From Thalia democratica (Eukaryota): a stretch of 64,000 nt of DNA. Made by a program: the position numbers and the translations under genes. Below, piece by piece: positions 27,830 through 40,700 of this stretch. Position 1 is the first letter of the stretch, and the number at the start of each line of letters is the position of its first letter. The notes below the pieces were generated by a model, which was given only the letters and a program-made list of their open reading frames with translations, had not been told where the DNA came from and made no database searches. The stretch lies in the NCBI GenBank assembly GCA_965202585.1, contig OZ241830.1, forward strand, positions 26,412,001 to 26,476,000, in the 5' to 3' direction.

Positions 27830-28190
27830 AACGTTCATCAACGTCTCCGATACTTTCTAGAAACTTTAGGCGCGAAACCGCCCGTAGAGCTAACCGACAA
27901 ACATCACACGCGTGCCTCGCAATACACATACCTCTCTCACATCTCTCGCGGTCTCTCTCGAAATCTTTTACCGCCTCCCTCCCTATTTTCAACGGTTCTG
28001 TCGAAACCTCTCTCCTTTCTGTTTCTCCGCTTGCTCCTCTGACGTGCGCGCACCGGATTCTTCTGTCTCTGGTAGGTGTGCCGGCTCGTACGAGGCCCCG
28101 TGTCGCGGTAGCTCCGGGCGAATTCAGCGCGGGTATATATCCGGCCGAATGCAGGACCGAAACACAAAGCGACACTTGGTTCGGTGGAAG
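27830..28190 (+). promoter_or_regulatory. GC/CpG-rich promoter of the TSR gene, with a putative short non-coding first exon
   Basis: Isolated GC-rich island with CT-repeat (GAGA-like) tracts, TGACGT (~28040) and a TATA-like tatatat (28134-28140). A donor ggaag|gtaggc lies at 28190/28191. An acceptor ccacatag| at 28679 sits 3 nt before the signal-peptide ATG. Confidence 0.55.
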
Positions 28191-28682
28191 GTAGGCGAAA
28201 TTAAACGGGCTTTAGAATTTTTTTCTGAAGGACTTTGTGAAAGTAAAAGAGGGGAGATGGGTTAAAGAAATTAATTTTCGATGGTTTAGGAGTTTAATGA
28301 AAATTTTTAGGATGCTTTATATAGCAAATTAATCACAATCAAATCATTAAACTACAGTTTTAAATTAGACGGGTGTTCAAAGTTTACAATAAAGTTCTAG
28401 AAAGTTTAAAAAATAAAGATGGGTTGAAGGGAATATAGGGTTTTAGAAATATAGCGTTTTTGAAATTATTAAAAAAAATTATCGAATCTTATGACATAAC
28501 AGATATAAAAGTAAAAGTGTAACTTTTTTCAAAGCTGTTTTTTTTATGATTTAAAGAAAAATTAAAGGTTGTTTTGTGCAAGAAATCGTTATAAACAAAT
28601 TTTTACCAGTTAAAAAATGTTTCAGGTTCTTAAGATATTTTTTATATTTAAGACCTTATTCTGTACTACCTCCACATAGAAG

Positions 28683-28737
28683 ATGAGCAGACTTTCTATA
28701 TGCCTTCTTCTGGCATACCTTGCACTACAAACGCTCG
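28683..28737 (+). CDS. TSR gene coding exon 1: signal peptide MSRLSICLLLAYLALQTL(A)
   Basis: ATG, basic residue, hydrophobic core; donor g|gttagt in phase 1, matching the next exon. Predicted cleavage is before CDEP. Confidence 0.8.
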
Positions 28738-31700
28738 GTTAGTTGATTTTTTTTTTTGTAGTTTTAAACGTATGTAAGTAAAAATAACAGTAAGTAAAGT
28801 TATAATTAGATTACTTGAATTCGATGCTATCAGTAATAACCCGATTTTTTTGTAAAATTCTGTATATATATATATATGATTTTGTGTGGTATGAATATAA
28901 AACAAAAGATATAGATAATATTTACTGTATATGGTTCTCATTAAGCTTATAAAGATAATTTTGACCGAATAAACTAAAGTTTTTTTTAAAGTAAAATAAT
29001 AGTTTTTACACATGTTTTGTAAAACATTATATTAACTTAAACTATACACTATATTGCAATTTTATTAATACTTATTCAAGCTAAACAAAGTGTATATTTC
29101 ATCGTTAAACCCAACGACCGTAATTTATTTCATATAATGTTACTGGCATGTAAGATTAAAACGTCGTAAACATCTTAATATCTGCATTTTCAAGCAAGTA
29201 GGGTTTGCAAAGTGTCCAAGTAATTGCATAAACAAAGTGTAATTTGCCGGTTTAACAAATTAAGTCGTCCCCAGTCGCCGAAACAGGAGATATATGCCTA
29301 CCAGGCAGCTATTCAGATGATTATTTTATTAAGTAAGCTTGTTAAACGGAAATATATTGAATGTAAACTTCCAAGTTTGGATAAAATGTGTATAAATTTT
29401 ACGTAAACTTGGTCATTAAGATGTTATTTTGTTGTAGTGATGAGTTTTTACGTTATTTTAATCACTTACACATCTTAAAATTTGTTTAACAAGGATGTAT
29501 AATAAAAAAGCCGTTTAAAAATGTTGAAGTTTTATAGTATTAATTCGTAACGATATTAACTTTTATTAGTGTCATAATGGTAGATAATAATGTAAAATTT
29601 GCATCAGCTTTTGTCAAATCTTATGTTTTATTACAGAAAAACTTTTAAACATATTGTTCAAAAATAGAATATTTTAGCAGCAAAATATCTTATTAAGAAT
29701 GTTTTGAACAATTTTAACCAAGTTTAAATTACTTAATTGAAAACAAATACGTTTACTAATATACGTTTTGAAATGTTTTATAACAAGAACTTATCATAAG
29801 CAAAGATAACACCTGCGTCTAACATTTAATTTAATATTTTATTTGTATAATGATTTATATCTAATTCTTGTCTGTAATGAAAAACGCAAGCAAATATGCG
29901 TAATCCGGTAGCTGTAGACGGATTAAAAACGCTCGGGGCTACATATCAATGCTGATTGTTTTGATCAACAACAAAGTGCTGTCACCAGTACCGGCCGCGA
30001 TATCGCCAATAGTTAAGCCGTGTATTGAAAGTTGCGCAATTCAATGCACTTACTCGCGTGTCAACGTAAAACTGTTCCGCCCTTTTCAACGGGTGTTCAA
30101 ATTTTCGTGGTTTTGTTTAGACATTTATTTTTTTTAATGTGCTACCAGTTGCTAATTCCATGTAATAAGGCATTTTAGTGCAAAATTATTCTAAGTTTGT
30201 AAAAACGTCTTTTACGGAATTAAAAAACTATAATCTTTTGATTGTCTCAATATAATACATAAGCATAAATTCAAAGTTTTTCGTTAAAAAGAACAAAATA
30301 GTTTTGAAAAGTACTAGGATTATCTTATATAGTATGCAGTTAATACTACTATAAACGGCAATAAAGAGTTAAACTTAACGTTTAGCTTGTTCAATAACTA
30401 GAGTGCCTTCATAAGTGCTTCAAAACAGAGAACAATTTTATTCACGGTTGTGATTTATTTATCGCAGAATTGAGTTAATGTATGTATTCAGTTTATGTTA
30501 AGCCTAATTTTACAGATTAAATGTTATAAAAATACTTGAGTCAAAAATTAATTTATCGTTCTATATTGTTGTGAAATATAAAATAATATATTTGTACGCT
30601 AACTATATGAAAAGGAGAGCAAGTATACACAATTGTTTTAACGTTGGTAGAGTTTTTCTTCTAGAAAAAACTAAAAATATTGTTCAGTTTTTAACATAGT
30701 GCGTTACTTCTGATATTAATGTTCAAAAACGCTGACAACACGACAATATTCAAACAGCTTGCGACGAGCCGTGCAGATCCACACTGCCCACATCGAGATG
30801 CTTCACCCGCGCACTGAACGGCGACATGGTTTGCGTGTGTCCCTACGATCAGCTCCTCACTAACGCCGGCACTTGCATACGTTAGTAGTTCAACTTCTGT
30901 TGTTGGTCTTTGAATATTAAATATAAAGGTAAAAGCTTAATTCATTTTTTCAAGATTTAGTTTAAAATAAATTACTTTCCTATAAATACTAAGTTGTTTT
31001 CTACTGAACAACTAAATCATTAGAATGTACTTAACACTATCATTTCCTATCAAGCATACAAAGCTTTTTATAATACTTTTTGTTTTAACCACTTGAAACA
31101 GCTCACTTAAGTCACTTTACAGCGCGATCGATCTACGTACTGTCGATGAACAGAGGATGCCCCAGGTGCCCTGCTAACTCGCAGTGCGCCACCAACTCTG
31201 GAAGGTTCTGGTGCGTCTGCGAACCCGGATTCTTCTCAAGAAACGGAGTTTGCAATCGTAAGTACATATTATATATATAAATAACAACCGAAAGCTTTTT
31301 TAAATTGTTTCATTTATGAGATAATCGAGCTCACCAAATCATCAGAAAAGCTTTTGTTTATATGTATATATACACATGTAGATACATTTATTTACTTTTA
31401 ATATCTTTTTGATATAAAAGTTTTTAAAAGTTGCTTATAAAACAAAGCGTTTTGAATATCAACGTTGATATTTTAAATTAAATTACACTTGTTTTGTCTG
31501 TTTGTGATAAGAAATTTTATCGTAATAAAGTTTTGAACTAAGTAAACAATGTAAAAAAGTAAAAAAGTAAAAATCAGTAAACGTTAAAATGTAGTTTGCA
31601 CCACCAACATATACGTTTTAATAAAAAGTTAAATTTGTGCAGCAATTGTTGCGATGCCGGTCACCTTTCCCCCCGCAACCGCCGCCCCAACAGCCGCACC

Positions 31701-34700
31701 AGCCACCCAGACCCCAGTAACTGCCGCCCCAGCAACTGCCGCCCCTGTGCCAAGAGGTTTGTTTGAATCTTTTTATCATTTCAGCTGACTTGTTACATTT
31801 ATAATATTTTGCGTTTGAGCTAGCTACTTGCTAAATAAATATAACAGTAAGTTATCTTTTTATGAAAAAAGATCTATTTTGATCCCAAGAAAGCAATCAT
31901 TTAAAATAACTAAATTGAATGGTTTCTTACTTGTTTTTCGGCATGTTTTATGAAAATAGTTTTTCTGTGCGAAAAATTATGATACCCAAACTTTAAATTT
32001 TACATTTATTTTAGTTTAAACTATTTTTTAGGGAAATAAACTGAGATGTTTTTTTATAAAAAGGGCGTGATAAACAATTTATACTAAAAAGTACATGAAG
32101 AGTAATACTTTTAAAACAAATTAGACAAATGTGTGTTGAGCATGTTTTATTTAATTGATACAACAAAAAATAAGATAAAGACAGCCATTTTTCTCAGAAA
32201 ACATGCAACCAAGAAAAACCAAAAACCATTTAAATATGCAACTAACACTTTTCAAAGCTTGTAAACGATTGCTTTTTTTAATTACTTTTACATTTAACGT
32301 CGGCTAACACACAAATGTAGCTAACAAACTTCCATTGTAATTCGAGCTGCACCCATCGAACCGCAAGTTTTGTTACGCGGCAGTAGCAGTGTTAGGCTGC
32401 TTACAATTTAATGCGCGGTCACAGTTTGAGTATTAAATTAAAAACTGGGTGTGCTGCGTACTTAGCAATACATGCACACCGCTGAGCGTTCATGTAAACC
32501 GCTGGTAAGTTCTTCAAATTTTTTCAAGTTTAATGGATACAAAGGTTCGTTTTTCATAAGCATTTAACCGTCGACTTATGAATAAACTTAATTTGTTCGG
32601 TGCTGAAATTCTTTGCAGGTTAATTTTTTCTCGAAAACCGCGCAAGTGTGTTAGCTCGCGATAAAAAACTGAAATATACTAATTTTGCGGTTGACACGGA
32701 CATTAAGCAAATTATAGAAAAATAAACAGCACCTGTTCGTATTGTGCATTGTTCGCCACTTAATAGAAAATCATTGACTAAAAATTTCTTGTTCTAAAAC
32801 TTCTGGTTAGGTAATACAATCGTTTGTTTAAGATATTTTTATAACTGCTCCATGAACATTTTTGTAGGCATTACATCACAGTTAAAATTAAGAATATAGT
32901 ATTCAGAGCTAAATGATTTGCATATTTTAAAAATTTAGTATTTTATATATATTGTTAGACAAAGGTTTTAATAAGTGTGACATATCATAATTAAATGATA
33001 GAGGGTGATATAATCAAGTTTTACAGTAATAAATAAAAGCTAACTAAGCTAATGTTAATTTTAAATTCTATGCTGTAGATAGAGTTATCACCAATCATAA
33101 CCAGTCAAGTATATTTTCTATTGTTATCTTATTCAAATTAAATCTCTAATGGTTTTCATTTAATCATGAAAAAAATGGTGAAAATTTTACTGCTTAATTG
33201 TGTCATAATACAGACAGAATAATTTTATTTGGTTATCAACTTTTTTAAATGATAACAGAATGTCCAGTCAAGTAGCAAAAATTCTGTTTAAACTTATAAT
33301 TTTGATGAGAAAAATTAGTTAGCTAAAAGCAATTTAAATTTGTTACAGAAAATTAACTTTTAGAAAGTCTTTCAAGAAATAATGCCTTAAACGGTAAACA
33401 TAACTCCATAAATTAACAAAGCAATGGTGCTTATTTGTCTTAGTTAAAGTTGTAAAGGCCTTTTTCTTCCAAATGACCTTTTTCATCAATACTTCATGTG
33501 AACTCAGAGTTTATGAAAACAAATTTAAATTTAATAGGTCCGTTTAAGTTTATCGCTTCCGTATGCACTCAATAATTTTAACTGGTAGAAAAACATCAAA
33601 GGTGTATTATTTAGAACTTTATGTACTCTTTGAAGGTATTTTAGATCGGCAGTTAGATTCTGCAGTGATTACTGTTTGAATAAGTTTGATATTAGATAAG
33701 ATCAAAGCCGTTTAACTAAATTGATTTGTACAAAACAAACCTGAGAATTTTTGGTAGCTTATATTTTTAGATTCTAAGGTAGCTTAAACAGGTTTTTACG
33801 ATTTTTAAAAATATCTATCTTATTCGATGGCAGTTGTTTTAGAAGTGGCATTTTACATTAAAACTAATGTTATTAACATTTAAACGCATAATAAACTACT
33901 TATGTTATATTTATGTAGGTAAACAGTAAAGGCTAAACACTTTTTTATAAATAACATTTTCTAGAAATAGAGAAGTTCAAACAAAAAAACTTATTTTATG
34001 AAGAGTGCACCTAATAAAATGCGATTACTTTCAAACATATAAAACAGTTTGTGATATAAGTATTTTACTGATTTATAAACTTACCTTGTATACATTTAAA
34101 TATCGTTGTAAAAAAAGTATCTACTATAGATTACATAGGAATAACTGAATAAAAGGAAAACTTTTAAAGAAAGTAGATTAGTTTATTAAATATATTTTTA
34201 AAACAAGCAACATGTACTTCTTATAACAAATATGTGCGTATTTTATAACGTATTAAGAAAAACTTATAATAGTTTTTTAAACATGTGAAATTAACAAACA
34301 CCCCTCACACAGCGCCGGTGTACAGCGAGTGGGAGATGGGACCCTGCAGCGTCACCTGCGGCATGGGGTCCAGGTACGACACCAGGCGGTGCCTCCAGGG
34401 ATACTGCAACCAGGCGCTGATCCGCGCCGTCATCTGCGACCTGCCCGCGTGCGTCGTCTACTCGCCGTGGAGGATCGGCACCTGCAGCGTGACTTGCGGC
34501 GAGGGCGTCGTCACCGACGTCAGGACCTGCCTGCAGGGATCGTGCACCGAGGACCTGGTGAGGACTTCGGCGTGCGTGAGGTATGCCTGCGAGGTGTACG
34601 GGCCGTGGGTGGCCGGCACGTGCAGCGCGGAGTGCGGCCTCGGCAAGCAGGTCGACATGAGGCAGTGCCTGTCCGGAACCTGCACGCAAGATTTGACCAG

Positions 34701-37700
34701 GACCGTGCCGTGCGAGGGAACCAACTGCGCCGTTCTCGGCGACTGGGTCATCGGAGAATGCAGCGTCACCTGCGGGGCCGGAACCAGGGTCGACAGGAGA
34801 AGGTGCTTGCAGGGCAACTGCGTGGGCGACCTGATGAGGGAGGTGGCGTGCGAGAACGACGCCTGTGTCGTCTACGGCGAGTGGGAGATCGGAACGTGCA
34901 GCGTGGCTTGCGGAACCGGCGTGAGGATCGACGTTAGACGGTGCTTGCAGGGAATGTGCACGGAAGCGCTTGTAAGGGAGGTTAGCTGCGACGGGCCCGT
35001 TTGCGTGGTCTACGGCGACTGGGTAGAAGGAGCATGCAGCGTCACTTGCGGCAATGGAGTGAGGGTCGCTACAAGAGAGTGCCTTCAGGGAGTCTGCACC
35101 GAGGCCCTGGTCAAGTCAATGGACTGCAAGATGGAAGCTTGCTCGATGGTGAGCGAGTGGGAGATTGGAACCTGTAGCGTGGAGTGCGGCAGCGGCATCA
35201 GGGTCGACACCAGGGTTTGCATCCAAGGAAACTGCATGGAAGATTTGGTTAGAACCACGCCGTGCGAGATGCCGGCCTGCATCGAGTACGGCCGTTGGGT
35301 GGAAGGTCGCTGCAGCGTGTCGTGCGGTCTCGGCATCAGGATCGACACCAGGGAGTGCCTCACCGGCATGTGCACCGGCGACATGGCCAGATCTATGACG
35401 TGCGAGCTTGCCGCCTGCCCCGTCTACAGCGAGTGGGTGATCGGAACTTGCTGCTCGGCTTGCGGCGGCGGCACCAGGGTCGACACCAGAGAGTGCCTTT
35501 CGGGCGACTGCAGGGAGCCGCTGGTGAGGAAGGTGGACTGCAACCAGCAGGCGTGCGAGAAGTACAGCGACTGGGTCGTCGGGCCCTGCAGCGCCACTTG
35601 CGGCATGGGTACCCAGGTGGAGAGCAGGACCTGCGAAGCTGGAGACTGCACCGAGGAGCTTTTCAGAACAAGAGTTTGCACTGCTGACGTTGAAGTTTGC
35701 GTTGCGTACGGCGAATGGAAGTTGGGAATGTGCAGCGCCGCATGCGGACCCGGTCAGAGAATCGACTTTAGGGACTGCCTCTCCGGAAGCTGCGACAACA
35801 CCATGCTCTCCAGAACCGTACCCTGTACCGGAGCGATCGAAGTTTGCGTGGTATACAGCAAGTGGGAGATTGGAACTTGCAGCGCGTCGTGCGGAGTAGG
35901 CGAGAGAATCGACAGGAGGGTGTGCCTGTCCGGTGTTTGCACCGAGGACCTGATCAGAGTACAGAGGTGCGACAGCGGCGTCGAGTGCGTTGTTTACGGC
36001 CCGTGGGTGCTCGGAAGCTGCAGCTCGTCGTGCGGCAACGCCGGAATGAGGGTCGACACCAGGGAGTGCTTGTCCGGAATCTGCACAGGGGACTTGACCA
36101 GGGTGGAGCAGTGCGCGCAGGGAGTCTGCGTCGAGTACGGCGACTGGCAGTTGGGAGTGTGCAGCGTCTCGTGCGGCAACGGAGTTCAGATCGACAGGAG
36201 GCAGTGCAAGATCAACTGCTACGGCAAGTCGGCCGGCACCGCCGAGTGCTCGCAAGCCGCATGCACCGAGTCCCTCGAAAGAAGCTCGGTCTGCTCCATG
36301 GGCGACTGCGGTCCCATCTATGCTGATTGGGTCATGGGACGTTGCAGCGTCACTTGCGGCACAGGCGTCAGAACCGACACCAGGTCGTGCGTCAGAGGCA
36401 TGTGCACCCCAGAGTCGAGAACAGTCACTTGCGTCGAGATGCCGTGCCCGCCCTGCGCCCCCGTCGAACCCGTCTACGGTCCTTGGGTTATCGGAATGTG
36501 CAGCGCAGAGTACGGAACCGGCGTGCAGTTCGACACCAGAGAGTGCTTGGAAGGCGACTGCGACGAGGCATTGCTCGTGAGGGAGGTGCCCTGCGAAGGT
36601 AAAGTTTGTCCTTCGTACGGCCCATGGGTGATCGGCGTCTGCAGCGTGAGTTGCGGCTCAGGAGTTGTCGTCGAAACCAGAGAGTGCATTAGAGGCGACT
36701 GCGTGCTGCCATTGCGAAGATCGAGCCCTTGCGAGCAGCCAGCCTGCCCCCAACTCGGTCCGTGGAAGGCCGGAAAGTGCAGCGTAACATGCGGAACCGG
36801 TGTGATGGTCTACAACAGGGATTGCATGAACGGCGTGTGCGACGGACCACTAATAAAATCCGAACCTTGCAATACTGGAGTCGAGTGCGTCGTCTACGGT
36901 CCGTGGGTGAAGGGCCAGTGCAGCTGCACTTGCGGAGGCGGAGTCAGGACCGACACGAGAGAGTGCTTGTCTGGATTTTGCACCGAGCCACTCACTCAAG
37001 AAATTCCCTGCGAGTCCAAGCCCTGCATGGAAGTCGGACCCTGGACCATCGGTATTTGCAGCGCGGCTTGCGGATCCGGAACCAGAACTGACACAAGAAT
37101 GTGCATCACTGGACCGTGCGACGTACCTCTGACGAGAGAATCGCCTTGCCAGGCCGAGCCTTGCCCCATGTACAGCGATTGGGTCATTGGAATGTGCAGC
37201 TCCAGCTGCGGCGGCGGATACAGAGTCGACACCAGGACTTGTCTGCAAGGCAGATGCACTGATGCTCTTGAGCGAAGGCAGGTCTGCGAAATGGCACCGT
37301 GCGTGAAGTACAGCGACTGGGAGGTTGGAGTTTGCAGCGCCACCTGCGGTTCGGGCGTTAGAGTCGACAGGAGAGTGTGCTTGTCCGGCTACTGCACCGA
37401 GCCTCTGATGCGAACTGAGGCGTGCACATCGGTGCCTTGCCCCGTAGTGAGCGACTGGGTCGTTGGAAGGTGCAGTGTCACTTGCGGCGAGGGAGTCAGG
37501 GTCGACATGAGATCTTGCATTCAGGGAGCTTGCACTGGAGCCATGGAAAGATCAACGCCCTGCTACGAAGTTGCTTGCGTCGTGTACGGCCCATGGGTTG
37601 AAGGACCTTGCATAAAGAGCTGCAGCGGCAGCACAAGAGTCGACACGAGAGAGTGCTTGTCAGGCGCTTGCACCGAGCCCCTTCAGAAAACCGTTCCTTG

Positions 37701-40700
37701 CGAGCAACAGATGACCTGCGTCAACTACAGCAAGTGGAAGATCGGCACCTGTAGTGCCTCTTGCGGATCAGGCGTGAGAGTCGACACCAGAGAGTGCCTT
37801 TCTGGTTTCTGCACCGAATCTCTTAGGAGAGAAGAACCTTGCGCGGCCGAACCTTGCACTGTTTACGGCGAGTGGGAGATCGGTTCGTGCGGCGTCACAT
37901 GCGGCGAAGGCATCAGAGTCGATTTCAGATCCTGCCTGCAAGGAAAGTGCACAGAGAACTTGATGAGAACCGTATCTTGCACGACTCCCCCATGCGTCGT
38001 CTACAGCGCGTGGATGATCGGAGCTTGCAGCGTAACCTGCGGCGAAGGTCAGAGAGTCGACACCAGGATGTGCTTGGCCGGCGCTTGCACCGATTCTTTG
38101 GAAAGAATTACCCCTTGCGGCGGACGCGAGTGCACAGTTTACGGCGAGTGGGTAATCGGCATGTGCAGTGCCACCTGCGGAGACGGTTTTAGGATGGACA
38201 CAAGGGCCTGCCTTGCGGGTGTGTGCACGGAACCTCTCGAGAGAACTTCATCGTGCAACAGGAGAGACTGTGTGAAGTACAGCGACTGGGTGATCGGCAT
38301 GTGTAGTGTCACCTGCGGCTCCGGTTTGAGATACGATTCGAGAGAGTGTTTGTCAGGATTCTGCACTGAGGACTTGTCAAGAGCAGTGCCTTGTGACCAA
38401 CCAGCTTGTGTAGTGTACAGCCAATGGACACTAGGAGAGTGTAGTGCTTCATGCGGAACAGGAATGAGACTTGATACAAGAAGATGTCTTTCTGGTTTCT
38501 GTACAGAAGATCTTACTAGGTCAGCTCCTTGTGATTCTGGTGTAGAATGTGTAGTTTACGGTCAATGGATGATAGGAACATGTAGTGCAACTTGTGGGGC
38601 AGGAATAAGAGTCGACAGAAGAATGTGCTTAGCTGGTGTTTGTACTGAAGCTCTGGAAAGACAAAGCCCTTGTGAAGCTCCTGCTTGTGTAGTGTACAGC
38701 GATTGGACAATGGGAAAATGTAGCGCTTCATGCGGAACAGGAGTAAGATTCGATACTAGAAGATGTGTTTCCGGTGTCTGTACTGAAGATCTCTTTAGAA
38801 CATCTCCTTGTGATTCTGGGGTAGTATGTACAGTCTACGGCGAATGGATGATTGGAACGTGTAGTTCCACTTGTGGTGCAGGAATAAGAGTCGACAGAAG
38901 AATGTGCTTGGCTGGTGTATGTACTGAAGCTCTTGAAAGATCAATTTCTTGCGATAGTCCCGCATGTGTAGTGTACAGCGAATGGGAAATAGGAGTATGT
39001 TCTGCTTCCTGTGGAACAGGTTTTAGACGGGATAGTAGAAAATGTCTTTCCGGTGTCTGCACTGAAGATCTCTTTAGAACATCTCCTTGTGATTCCGGGG
39101 TAGTATGTACAGTCTACGGCGATTGGATGATTGGAACATGTAGTGTCAGTTGCGGTGCAGGAGTGAGAGTCGACAGAAGAATGTGCTTGGCTGGTGTCTG
39201 TACTGAAGCTCTTGAAAGATCAATTCCTTGCGACGGTCCCGAATGTGTAGTGTACAGCCAATGGGAAATAGGAGTATGTTCTGCTTCCTGTGGAACAGGT
39301 TTTAGACGGGATAGTAGAAAATGTCTTTCCGGTGTCTGCACTGAAGATCTCTTTAGAACATCTCCTTGTGATTCCGGGGTAGTATGTACAGTCTACGGCG
39401 AATGGATGATTGGAACATGTAGTGTTAGTTGCGGTGCAGGAGTTCAAGTCGACAGAAGAATGTGCCTGGCTGGTGTCTGTACTGAAGCTCTTGAAAGAAC
39501 AAGCCCTTGTCAACGACCCGCTTGCATTGTCTACAGTGAATGGGTTGTCGGAACATGTAGCGCTACTTGCGGAACTGGAGTAATAGTTGAAAGAAGAAGG
39601 TGTCTTTCTGGTACGTGCACTGAAGACCTCATGAGAACTAGTCCTTGTGACTCAGGTGTAGAATGTGTAGTCTACGGACAATGGATGATTGGAACATGTA
39701 GTGTCAGTTGCGGTGCAGGAGTACAAGTTGACAGAAGAATGTGCCTGGCTGGTGTCTGTACTGAAGCTCTTGAAAGAACAAGCCCTTGTGAACGACCCGC
39801 TTGCATCGTCTACAGTGAATGGGTTGTCGGAACATGTAGCGCTACTTGCGGAACTGGAGTAGTAGTTGAAAGAAGAAGGTGTCTTTCTGGTAGGTGTACT
39901 GAAGACCTCATGAGAACTAATCCTTGTGACTCAGGTGTAGAATGTGTAGTCTACGGCCAATGGATGATTGGATCATGTAGTGCTACTTGCGGTGCAGGAG
40001 TACAAGTTGACAGAAGAATGTGCTTGGCTGGTGTTTGCACTGAAGCTCTTGAAAGACAAAGCCCTTGTGAACGACCTGCTTGTGTTGTCTACGGTCAATG
40101 GGTTATTGGATCTTGCAGCGCTACTTGCGGAACTGGAGTAAGAGTTGATACAAGACAATGTCTTGCTGGTACGTGCACTGAAGACCTTATTAGATCTTCT
40201 CCTTGTGAAGGACCAGTCTGTGTTGTCTACAGCGATTGGACCATTGGAGCATGCAGTGCTACTTGCGGTTCCGGAGTCCGAACCGACACAAGAACATGTG
40301 TTCAAGGTTTCTGCACCGACGACCTCATCAGAATGAGCTCTTGCGAGGCAGAGCTCTGCCCGGTCTACTCCGACTGGATGATCGGATCTTGCAGCGTCAC
40401 TTGTGGCGAAGGAACAAGAATGGACAGAAGACTCTGCTTGCAGGGAACTTGCACCGAAGACCTTATGAGATCAGTACCTTGCGTCAACGACGAGTGCGTA
40501 GTGTACAGCAGATGGACTATCGGATCATGCAGCGCTACTTGCGGTCAAGGGCTGCGCATGGACACTAGAACGTGCGTACAAGGAAGGTGTACCGAAGCCT
40601 TGCAAAGGTCGGTTCCATGCAACAGCGGAAGGGTTTGCGTCGTCTACGGCGAGTGGATGATCGGAACCTGCGACGCTTCGTGCGGCTCGGGAACCAGGGT

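Noticed and set aside
27828-28265. Three ORFs of 76-117 aa in the GC island
   Set aside because: Low-complexity Arg/Ser-rich translations with no domain; better explained as promoter sequence. No tRNA, snRNA or rRNA signature was recognised either.
29949-30137. 62-aa ORF as the first exon of the TSR gene
   Set aside because: No convincing signal peptide and no phase-1 donor. The exon at 28683-28737 fits far better.
34285-34312. ORF-track start MKLTNTPHT of the 2597-aa ORF
   Set aside because: Intronic read-through before the acceptor at 34312. It has no signal peptide; the real start is most likely the ATG at 28683.
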